Shown: in pieces, positions 1 through 7,337 of the stretch | How the letters are laid out: each line of letters starts with the position of its first letter | Numbering within the stretch: position 1 is the stretch's first letter | Source of the DNA: Polyangiales bacterium | GTDB taxonomy: Bacteria > Myxococcota_A > Polyangia > Polyangiales > Polyangiaceae | DNA length: 64,000 bases | Assembly (NCBI GenBank): GCA_038231275.1 | Contig: JBBRLQ010000037.1 | Location: 1 to 64,000, forward strand | Direction of reading: 5' to 3' | Position numbers and translations under genes: made by a program | Notes under the pieces: model-generated | Database searches by the model: none | The model's input: the letters and a program-made list of their open reading frames with translations, nothing else | What the model was told of the DNA's origin: nothing

Positions 1-162
1 TCGGTCGCCATGCCGCTTTTTAGGCGGTGTGGGCGCGAGACCCCGGGAGCGCGTCACCTCAGGGGGTGATCGCGATGCGCCGTTTTGTGCGATCGGCATC
101 CGCCGTTTTGTGTGATCGCGATGCGCCGTTTTGTCCGATCGCCATCCGGCGACGCGCGCACA
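1..162 (-). mobile_element. Left end of an IS21-family insertion sequence (element continues off the left edge)
   Basis: Minus strand begins 5'-TGTGCGCG at 162, followed by four 23-bp internal repeats and an ATG at 11 (M-A-T...), consistent with the MATERLSM-type IstA N-terminus; TG ends with repeated subterminal motifs are typical of IS21. Confidence 0.7.
66..150. repeat. 23-bp tandem subterminal repeats (transposase-binding sites)
   Basis: GATCGnnATnCGCCGTTTTGT units with GATCG at 68, 91, 114 and 137; the fourth unit is degenerate. Confidence 0.85.
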
Positions 163-175
163 CCCTTCTCAACTT

Positions 176-382
176 TTAGCTGATGCCGTCCTTCGCGAGC
201 AGTGCGAGGACGTAGTCACGCACGAGCACCCCGCGCTCCAGACAGCGCACCCGCACCTGCCGGTGAATGTGCTCCGGCACATCCGCCACGATGCGCTTCT
301 CCCCCCGCGCGAGCTTCTCCGCCGCGCGCTGCGCATCCTGCTCCGAACGCTCCCGACTCGGCTTCTTCAGACTAAGCGTCAT
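176..382 (-). CDS. ParG-like ribbon-helix-helix partition protein (type Ib)
   Basis: 68 aa, KRIVADVPEHIHRQVRVRC RHH pattern, GGAGGAG RBS, overlaps the 3' end of parA. Confidence 0.7.
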   Translation of the reverse strand: MTLSLKKPSRERSEQDAQRAAEKLARGEKRIVADVPEHIHRQVRVRCLERGVLVRDYVLALLAKDGIS

Positions 383-1088
383 GGTCTCCTCCTTTCAGTC
401 CGCGCCAGATGCGCCACACATCGTCCGCAGCGGGCGTTGTCGCTCCCGTGAGGACGGACTCTCCGCGTGTCGCCGTCTCCGGGAACGCGACGCGTTGCCG
501 CACGACGCCGAGGAGCTCGCCGCCGGCGGCGACGAGCTCGGCCTCCGCTTCGCGCGCGAGGCGCGTATTGGCGCTCGCGCGGTTGATCACGAACCTTCGG
601 CGCACCGGCGGCCGCCCGAGCTGCGCGCGGATGCTGTCGGCGACGTCGAGGGACTCGAGCGTCTCGGCGACCGCCCAGAAGTCGAATGGGCCGGGCTGGA
701 TCGGCAGCACCGCCACGTCGGCGGCGACCGCGGCGCTCTACGTGACGTCGCCAAGGCGCGGCGGGCCGTCGAGGAACACGGCGTCGTAGCCGCGCGTGAT
801 CTCGGCGAGGCGGGGGAGGGGCAGGGGCCTGTCCGCCCGGACGACGGTGAGGCCCTCGAGCGGCGAGCCGTCGCGACGCGCGGCGCTCCAGTCGAACGCG
901 CTGCCCTGGCGGTCCATGTCGACGACGAGCGCGCGGCAGCCGTCGAGGTGGGCCGCCGCCGCGAGGTTGATCGCGAGCGTCGTCTTTCCGCTGCCGCCCT
1001 TTTGCTGGAGGACGGCGACGGTGATGCGGAACGTTCGCGCGTCCGCAGTGCCGTGGGTACGTGGGTACGTGGGTTCCGGCTGACTCAT
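372..1088 (-). pseudogene. parA: ParA/ParF-family partition ATPase interrupted by an in-frame TAG at 738-740
   Basis: Deviant Walker A QKGGSGKTT, VDMDRQGS, FLDGPP; ORFs 738-1088 and 372-716 are in the same frame and read DVT*SAAVAADVAVLP. Confidence 0.85.
1052..1075. repeat. Three tandem 8-bp repeats CGTGGGTA/T at the parA 5' end, possible ParG operator or centromere
   Basis: CGTGGGTA-CGTGGGTA-CGTGGGTT seen directly. Confidence 0.5.
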
Positions 1089-2128
1089 GCTGCACCTCCG
1101 AAGACGCGTTCGAGATCCGCGCGCATTTCGTCCGACGTGACCGCCGGCCCTTCGGGTGCGGCGCGCGCCGACGCCAGCCCCGGGTCTCGACGAGCGGCCT
1201 CGGCCCGTCGACGTTCGCGTTCGCGGCTCCGTCGCGCGGCGGCGCCGAGCTCGGCGTAGTGCAGGACCTTGTCACCCAGGACGAGCCCCAGTGGGCAGCC
1301 GGCAGCACGGACGTAGGTGTCGCGCGTGGCGCCCAGGATGGCGTCTCCCAGCAGCTCCGGGGGGAAGCCACGCTCGAGCAGCCCGACGACGCGCGCGACG
1401 CGCTTGGCGCCCTCCGGCCCCGCGGCGACGTCGATGCTCGCCGGCGCGTCGGGGAACGCGGTCTGCGCCCAGTGCGCGAGGAGCATCCGCGCGATCTCCA
1501 TCGTGGAGGTTACGGCTCGCTCCTCGGGCGCATCGCGCTGTGGATCTGTGTGTTGATCTAGATCTTGATCAGGATCTCCGACGCGCTCCGGAGCTATTTC
1601 CTCGGCGATTTTCGCCGTGGCGGTCGGGACGGCGTCCATCCTAGGCACGCCATCCTGTCCGTCCTGCTTCGCTGGCTCGCCGCCGAGGACGCGCACCAGG
1701 TTAGGCCGGTAGACGTTGCGCTCGCCGCCGACGACGGCGCGCCCGTTTGGAAGCCGCTGTGCGGCGTGTGTGGTCTCGATCATCAGCCATCCTTTGTCTC
1801 GCAAGGACGCGACGACGCGCGTGAGGTGCCTCACGGAGATGCCCCCGTGGAGGTCCTGCACGAGTTGCTCGTGCGTCGGCCAGCAGCGCCCCTCGTACTC
1901 GGCGCGCGCGCGCCGAAGGAGTGTCGCAAGAACGCTCGTTTCGGCGGGTGAGAGTCCGCGGAAGCGCTCCTCGCCCTTGAACAGCGCGGGGATCGCGTTC
2001 CTGTACGCGTAGTAGTCGCGAAGCTTTGAAATGCGCCCGGCGGGCGCGTGCGTTGGTGTTCTTCTCTCGCGTGGGTCGACGTCTCGTCCCCCCGGTCCCG
2101 CCGGGAAGACGCGCGCAGCAGTCAGCAT
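1085..2128 (-). CDS. Helix-turn-helix replication-initiator-like protein
   Basis: LSPAETSVLATL...CWPTHEQLVQDL..GISVRHLTRVVASLRDKGWL is an HTH_36-like motif found in phage/plasmid Rep proteins; ATGA overlap with parA; start uncertain (frame open to 2329). Confidence 0.65.
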   Translation of the reverse strand: MLTAARVFPAGPGGRDVDPRERRTPTHAPAGRISKLRDYYAYRNAIPALFKGEERFRGLSPAETSVLATLLRRARAEYEGRCWPTHEQLVQDLHGGISVRHLTRVVASLRDKGWLMIETTHAAQRLPNGRAVVGGERNVYRPNLVRVLGGEPAKQDGQDGVPRMDAVPTATAKIAEEIAPERVGDPDQDLDQHTDPQRDAPEERAVTSTMEIARMLLAHWAQTAFPDAPASIDVAAGPEGAKRVARVVGLLERGFPPELLGDAILGATRDTYVRAAGCPLGLVLGDKVLHYAELGAAARRSRERERRRAEAARRDPGLASARAAPEGPAVTSDEMRADLERVFGGAA

Positions 2129-2382
2129 GGAGCATGCCCCTTCCGCGCCGATGGGCGCGGGGAGGCCCGAGGCGAAGCCCCACGTGTCGCGTCCTGCGCG
2201 ACGCGGAGAGCCGCGTCCTCGGGGCGTTCGAAGCGAGGACGCGAAACGCGTCCATGCTCGCGCGACGGTGGTGACGTCGCGGAGCCTTCGGAGTCCTCGT
2301 GCGCGATGGAAGATGTTGCTCGAGGACAAACGAACCCCTATGCTTGGTCTCGCTTCGGCCGTTCAGAACCGAGAGACCAAAC

Positions 2383-2434
2383 ATCGGCCTTGCTAGCCGC
2401 GGGTGGTGCCGCGATAGCGAGGCCGGTTTCTTTT
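2383..2434 (+). terminator. Intrinsic terminator antisense to the rep leader
   Basis: ATCGGCCTTGCTA (2383-2395) pairs with TAGCGAGGCCGGT (2415-2427) including G-U pairs, followed by TTCTTTT. Confidence 0.5.
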
Positions 2435-2752
2435 GTGCGTCGCGCGCTGGTGGGCCACGGGCCACGGGCAGCGGCAGCGTCGTTCCCACCGTCGGCGTAG
2501 CCCGCAACGGTGGGACTCGTCCGCGCCTCGGCTCTACCGATAGCGGCGACCGCCGAGCTGGAGGCGGCTGCCTTGCGGGCGCGCGCGCTCGTCGGCTAGA
2601 TCGATCGGCGAGGGTGGGACCAGGGCCGCGGGCCCGATCGCTCGGCGAAAGCAGCGGGTCGGCCCCCTGCCTTGCCACCATTTGTCCCACCACTTGGGGG
2701 GCAACGCAGGGCAAGCCAGGGCAAACCCCTGGCTCGGAACCCCCGAGAAACA

Positions 2753-2795
2753 GAGCGGGACACCGGGTTCGAACCGGCGACATCCAGCTTGGGAA
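2753..2795 (-). repeat. att site: 43-bp exact copy of the tRNA-Gly 3' half
   Basis: Identical to 7145-7187; starts exactly at the anticodon loop TTCCCAA. Confidence 0.95.
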
Positions 2796-2890
2796 TGCGG
2801 CTAGGCCCGTGTCCCCCCGTTACGAGTAGGTCAGTTTCTCGATGTTCTTGAAGAGAGGCGTTACTGGAGCGTCCGCCCTGTTTCGCCTGA

Positions 2891-2911
2891 GTGGTATGCA
2901 AAGTGGTATGC
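2891..2911 (+). promoter_or_regulatory. Integrase arm-type site pair (left)
   Basis: GTGGTATGC twice with a 12-bp period; same motif at 7057-7078. Confidence 0.75.
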
Positions 2912-3003
2912 GCCCGGCGGCTCTTGGTCGAACGCGGGTGTCCCTCGTCATGAGGGGCGCGTGAGGTTCGATCCGAGCAGCTCGCGGCGGGAGCGCGACG
3001 ACG

Positions 3004-4026
3004 CTAACTTAGCAGCCCTGTGAGCCAGTGCAGGACGTTGAGCGCGAACTGGCGATCGTCGTTGCCCGGGGCGTTCATCCCGAACTTCTCCTCCTCGCCG
3101 CCGGTAGGACGCCACACCTGGGCGGTCAGGAGCGCGGCTTCGCCAAGCACGACCACGCGTCCCTTGCCGAAGCGCAGGGCGACTCCCTGGGCGGAGCCGG
3201 CGGGCGGGAGAGGGCGTGCGGTGCCGTCTCGTTCCCGTTGCAGCGCCCCGCGGTTGGGAGCCTCGCGCGCTTCCGGAGAGAGCTTCATCAGAGCGGTGGC
3301 GCCGGGCGGCACGCTCAACGACTGGCCGGCGAAGGCGACGATCCGGTTCACGCGTTCGGCATCGCTGCGCCCGAGCTGGATCGGGTGGTCGCCAAGCTGT
3401 CCGTTTTCGCGCGAGAAGACCAGGTCTGAAGGGTGGCCTGCCGCAGCGTACTTTGCGTCGCGCGAGTAGACGAAGCCCTTGCCCATCTGGACGTCGAACG
3501 CGCGGCCCATGATCTCGGCGGCGCTGCCGAACGGGGTGTGATCGGCAACCAGCAGCAGCGAGCCTCCGTCGCGCACCCAGTCGCGGACAGCGTCGCACTC
3601 GGCTTGGGTGAAGGCGGGCGGGGAAGCGTCGAATCCGCCGCCTTCGCCCAGCGCGTTGGCGATGACCAGCACCCGCAACGGCTGGAGAGCGCCGGCGGCG
3701 AAAGGTACGGTGTTGCGGCCGACCTCGTAGCCGTCGGCGCGCAGAAGGTCGGCGAGAGGCTTGTAGCGGCCTTCCGCGGTGTGGAAATTGCGGTGTGCCT
3801 CGTCGATTGCGACCTTGGGATGCTCGGTGACGTAAGTCGGACGGGGAACTGAAGGGTCGAAGTGCGGGTCTGCGCTCTGCTGTTCGGCGGGCGTTTCTCC
3901 CGAGTCGAGCTGCGCCTCTGCGCGATCCGCGCCCCCTCCACGCGCCAAAATCGCGAGCCACACGGCGCCGCCGAAGATGCCGGTCAGCGACGCGATAGCG
4001 AGTCCCACGGTTTGCGCGCGGCCCAT
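3004..4026 (-). CDS. Membrane-anchored DUF4350/class I GATase-like protein (island cargo)
   Basis: N-terminal TM segment; VAIDEAHRNFHT...LADLLRADGY, WVRDGGSLLLVADH, GKGRVVVLGE, NDDRQFALNVLHWL. Confidence 0.7.
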   Translation of the reverse strand: MGRAQTVGLAIASLTGIFGGAVWLAILARGGGADRAEAQLDSGETPAEQQSADPHFDPSVPRPTYVTEHPKVAIDEAHRNFHTAEGRYKPLADLLRADGYEVGRNTVPFAAGALQPLRVLVIANALGEGGGFDASPPAFTQAECDAVRDWVRDGGSLLLVADHTPFGSAAEIMGRAFDVQMGKGFVYSRDAKYAAAGHPSDLVFSRENGQLGDHPIQLGRSDAERVNRIVAFAGQSLSVPPGATALMKLSPEAREAPNRGALQRERDGTARPLPPAGSAQGVALRFGKGRVVVLGEAALLTAQVWRPTGGEEEKFGMNAPGNDDRQFALNVLHWLTGLLS

Positions 4027-4789
4027 GCTGCTCCGATGAAGATCCTACCCCGTCCGATCCCGGTGCGGGGGAGGTTGCTCGGCGGCCGCTTCGTTGGCGT
4101 TGCTGGCCCTTGCGACCTCGATTCGAGGTCGCTCGTGGTAGTTGTGGTGTCAGCTTCGAGTGCCGGTGACCCTCAACTCTGGTCTCCGCGAGGTACGATC
4201 GAAGTTCAGACCTGGTCCCCACCTGGTGCCGAAGAGGTCGGGTTCTGCGGTCAGGATCTCGGTGACTGCGCGGAGGAACGTTACAAATTTGTGAGCATTT
4301 CCACGCGCCGCCGGTTCGGTTCGAGGTTGGTTAGCGCTTCGCCGAAGGCCCTTCGACGTGCCGCGACCCAGCGGGACGTCCCCCCACTTGCCGCCCACAA
4401 CGGGTGGAAGCGTGGGCATCTCGAACCGTTCGCCGTCGAGAGCGATTCTCTGGATTACGCTCGCGACTGGGCCGGTGACCGGCGTTCGGTTCTTCACGGG
4501 CGGGCAGTCTATTCGAGGCTGCCCGACCGCGCTGGACGGCTTGGGAGCCCGTTCCACGATCGCCGGGTCGCGCGAGCGTGCAGGGGCTTCTGCTGGCGGT
4601 CCGGTTCATCGGCATGCAGCTGCACGACTTCCCGTCCAAGGGCGGGCGCGCGCTCGACGACGACGATGCCGAGCCGACAACGAGATGCCATTGGAGTCGT
4701 TCTTCGGCCCGCTACTTCGCGGCGGCGTCACAAGCGGGCGCGGTTCTCGCGCCCTGCCGCAGGGCAGTCACCGACGCGTCGCGGCCGCG

Positions 4790-4993
4790 ATGCCACACTC
4801 GAGCGCAGCACCTTCGTCGGGCGCGCTTCACACCATCCGCACGGCGGCGGCGCACATGGGCATCGACCCCAACACGCTCCGCGCGCAATGCCGCAACGGC
4901 ACGCGAGGCGGCGGCGTCGCTGACCTTGGCGGCGGAATCATCGCGTTCAAGATGGGCAGACATTGGCGCATTCGCTTTCCTTGGTGGCAGTGA
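4790..4993 (+). CDS. Excisionase-like winged-HTH protein 1
   Basis: TIRTAAAHMGIDPNTLRAQCR...GGGIIAFKMGRHWRIRF; alternative start at 4685. Confidence 0.6.
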   Translation: MPHSSAAPSSGALHTIRTAAAHMGIDPNTLRAQCRNGTRGGGVADLGGGIIAFKMGRHWRIRFPWWQ

Positions 4994-5096
4994 CCGTCGG
5001 CATGGGGCGACGGGAGGATCAACGCTTCGAGCAGGAATCAGGGGAGAGGCAAATGGAGACCCGACGCACCAACCACACCACCGCGCGAGTCGTCCG

Positions 5097-5540
5097 ATGA
5101 CGGACGATTCAAGCTCCCGAAACCCGCGCGTCGTCCGAGACGCGATCGTGCTCTCCGCCGGACCCTCGTCGAGCACGCGGATCGCGATCAGGGTGCACGA
5201 CGACATCGACGACGGCGCCCCTACGGAACGCATGGCTCCGCCGCCCGTCACTCAAAAAGCTCCGGCCGCAAGGCGGCCGGGGAGCGAGCGCCCTACACTG
5301 CGATCGGCGACGAACCGACCCCAGCACAGCGCCGGTGTGCCGGACGGACCGCCCCCGTCTCGAAGCTATTACCCGCTGAAGAAGGCGGCGCCGCGCCTCC
5401 ACACGAACGCCAACGCGCTGCGCACCCGGTGTCAGCGCGCGGCAAAGGTCCTCGACGGCCGCATCATCGCGGAGCTCGGCGGTGGCGTCGTGGGCTTCAA
5501 GTTCGGTACGCAGTGGCGCATTCGCCTGCCGGATCTCTGA
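5097..5540 (+). CDS. Excisionase-like winged-HTH protein 2 (paralogue of protein 1)
   Basis: YPLKKAAPRLHTNANALRTRCQR...GGGVVGFKFGTQWRIRL; TGATG overlap with the next gene; start uncertain. Confidence 0.6.
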   Translation: MTDDSSSRNPRVVRDAIVLSAGPSSSTRIAIRVHDDIDDGAPTERMAPPPVTQKAPAARRPGSERPTLRSATNRPQHSAGVPDGPPPSRSYYPLKKAAPRLHTNANALRTRCQRAAKVLDGRIIAELGGGVVGFKFGTQWRIRLPDL

Positions 5541-6181
5541 TGCCGACGAGAATTCCCGACTCATCTGCCGAGCGACCGACCGGTGCACGCGTGGACGCGC
5601 CGAGTTCGCGGTATCCGCTGCTCACGACACGCGCTGCCGCGAAATACTGCGGCTTCGCAACCACCAGCGCGCTTCGAAAGGCGCGGCTTGAAGGAAGGCT
5701 CAATCCCGCTGGCCGCCGCGGCGGGACCGGCACCTGGATGTGGCGGCGTAAGGATCTCGACGCCTTCCTCTGCGGCCGCCGCGGCGCTAGCCTCTTGGAC
5801 GGACGCTCCAGTGCGCCTCCGAGTGGAGGCAAACATGGACGACAAGAAGTGGATCAAGAAGTGGAACTCATGGATCGCACCGAAGCCCTCGAAGCCGGGC
5901 GTCTGGCGCAAGAAGGAAGGAGGATTTCTCGTTCGGGGAAGAGCCGTCGATCGCCGCACGGGAAGGATGAAAGAGCTCCGGTTCGTCGCCAACGTGGACG
6001 ATCCCATCAAGGCCCTCCTGGCGTTGCAGGACGCCCTGCAACGCATCCGATCGGGAGAGGTTCAGACTCCGTCCGGACGTGTGCGATTCTGCGACTACGC
6101 AGTGTCGTTGCTGGCAGCGAAGATCAGAGCCCGCGAGATCAAGTCGGCGAAGGGCAGGGAAACGTGGGGCGTCGTTCTTGA
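5540..6181 (+). CDS. HTH_17/excisionase-like protein overlapping the integrase 5' end
   Basis: LLTTRAAAKYCGFATTSALRKARLEGRL...WMWRRKDLDAFL; no stop until 6181. Confidence 0.6.
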   Translation: MPTRIPDSSAERPTGARVDAPSSRYPLLTTRAAAKYCGFATTSALRKARLEGRLNPAGRRGGTGTWMWRRKDLDAFLCGRRGASLLDGRSSAPPSGGKHGRQEVDQEVELMDRTEALEAGRLAQEGRRISRSGKSRRSPHGKDERAPVRRQRGRSHQGPPGVAGRPATHPIGRGSDSVRTCAILRLRSVVAGSEDQSPRDQVGEGQGNVGRRS

Positions 6182-7136
6182 GCACCACCTCATCCCAGCC
6201 TTCGGCGGGTTTTTCGTCGATCAGCTCCGCTACGCCGACATCCTCCATTGGAGAGACGAGGTCGCGGGGATGATCAACGCGAGCAAATACTCCCCGGTCA
6301 CCGCCAACGGATGGTTCCGGATCCTCCGGGTCATCACGAAGGCGGCGGTCGCCGAGTACGAGCTCCCTCGCGATCCCGCCGTCGGGATCAAGGACTTCGA
6401 TACCAGCCTCCATCCCACGTACACGGAAGAGGAGCCCAACTCGCTCCTCGTCGAAGAGACCCCGCGCTTTCTCGCGAAGATGAAGGAGCTGTACCCCCAG
6501 TTCTTCGCGATGACTGCGCTCGGTTTCGCGCTCGGCCTTCGGCCCTCCTCACTCCGCCCGCTTCGGCGCGGCGGTGACACGCCGGACCTCTTGCTCGAGC
6601 AGGGGGTCCTCTACGTGCGCCGCTCGCACTCGATGGGGGACGAGGTGATGGAGACGACGAAGACCAAGCGCCGGCAGCGGATCGAGCTCCCGGAAGGTCT
6701 CCTCGAGATCCTCCGGTGGCACAGCGATCGGCTGCCGGATGGACCGCAGCGAGAGTCGGAGCTGCTCTTCCCCTCACGGGAGGGAAGCTTCCACACCCGC
6801 TCGCTCCTCGACAAGCCGTTCCGCGTCGTGGCCAAGGCGGCCGGGATCAAGAAGCACATCACCCCGAAGGCGATGCGTCGCACCTTCCAAGACCTCGCCC
6901 GCGCGGCCGAGGTGAAGGACGTTGTGACGCGCGCGATCTCGGGGCACGCGACGGAGCAGATGCAGCAACACTACTCGACGGTGAACGCCGACGAGATGCG
7001 GAGCAGCATCGCGAAGGTCGTCTCGCTCGCAGGCTTCCGCGAGGCGATGGCCTCGGGTGGTATGCATGGTGGTATGCAGCCCGAGCCCACGAAAAAGGCC
7101 GGCGGAGACGCTTCTCCAACCGGCCGTGGTGACTGA
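5835..7136 (+). CDS. int: Tyrosine recombinase/integrase
   Basis: GGAGG RBS; catalytic motifs GLRP, TKT, KAMRRT (HxxR variant), SGH, HYS; ends 8 bp before att. Confidence 0.93.
   Translation: MDDKKWIKKWNSWIAPKPSKPGVWRKKEGGFLVRGRAVDRRTGRMKELRFVANVDDPIKALLALQDALQRIRSGEVQTPSGRVRFCDYAVSLLAAKIRAREIKSAKGRETWGVVLEHHLIPAFGGFFVDQLRYADILHWRDEVAGMINASKYSPVTANGWFRILRVITKAAVAEYELPRDPAVGIKDFDTSLHPTYTEEEPNSLLVEETPRFLAKMKELYPQFFAMTALGFALGLRPSSLRPLRRGGDTPDLLLEQGVLYVRRSHSMGDEVMETTKTKRRQRIELPEGLLEILRWHSDRLPDGPQRESELLFPSREGSFHTRSLLDKPFRVVAKAAGIKKHITPKAMRRTFQDLARAAEVKDVVTRAISGHATEQMQQHYSTVNADEMRSSIAKVVSLAGFREAMASGGMHGGMQPEPTKKAGGDASPTGRGD
7057..7078 (+). promoter_or_regulatory. Integrase arm-type site pair (right, inside the int 3' end)
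   Basis: GTGGTATGCA twice with a 12-bp period. Confidence 0.75.
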
Positions 7137-7145
7137 GTTTTTCGG

Positions 7146-7218
7146 AGCGGGACACCGGGTTCGAACCGGCGACATCCAGCTTGGGAAGCTGGCACTCTAC
7201 CAACTGAGTTAGTCCCGC
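7146..7218 (-). tRNA. tRNA-Gly (CCC)
   Basis: GCGGGAC/GTCCCGC acceptor stem, CCAGC-TTCCCAA-GCTGG anticodon arm, GGTTCGAACC T arm; full CCA not encoded. Confidence 0.98.
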
Positions 7219-7230
7219 GAGAGCCCGTGA

Positions 7231-7259
7231 TTCGTAACCCTGCGCACGGCCTCCGTCAA
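7231..7259 (-). promoter_or_regulatory. Probable housekeeping-sigma promoter of tRNA-Gly
   Basis: TTGACG-N17-TACGAA. Confidence 0.55.
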
Positions 7260-7295
7260 TCGCCAAGGTCGGCGGCGATCGCGAGCGTCGCCCCG

Positions 7296-7337
7296 AAAAA
7301 ACAACGGCCCGGGTGCCCCTATGGTGCACCCGGGCCG
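7296..7337 (-). terminator. Rho-independent terminator
   Basis: Perfect 12-bp stem CGGCCCGGGTGC/GCACCCGGGCCG followed by TTGTTTTTT. Confidence 0.85.

Larger units (their letters stand above)
163..2795 (-). mobile_element. End of a plasmid-like integrated element (rep-parA-parG); integrase not in window
   Basis: Rep-like HTH, ParA and RHH genes abut the tRNA-Gly att copy at 2753-2795; own 12-bp-period and 10-bp-period repeats at 2675-2727. Confidence 0.6.
2753..7187. mobile_element. 4.4-kb tyrosine-integrase genomic island in tRNA-Gly(CCC)
   Basis: Direct att repeats 4392 bp apart, integrase beside the tRNA, matching arm-type repeats at both ends. Confidence 0.92.

Noticed and set aside
66..150. 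CRISPR array
   Set aside because: The 23-bp units are contiguous with no unique spacers, and there are no cas genes; better explained as IS21 end repeats
2753..2795. Second tRNA-Gly gene
   Set aside because: Only the 3' half is present, with no D arm or 5' acceptor strand; it is an att duplication
4150..4557. 135-aa minus-strand ORF in the island
   Set aside because: No recognisable motif and weak codon bias; cannot be supported, though it may be real or a remnant
7100..7187. Mx8-like attP inside int that swaps the integrase C-terminus
   Set aside because: The int stop (7136) lies before the att core (7145), so integration does not change the protein
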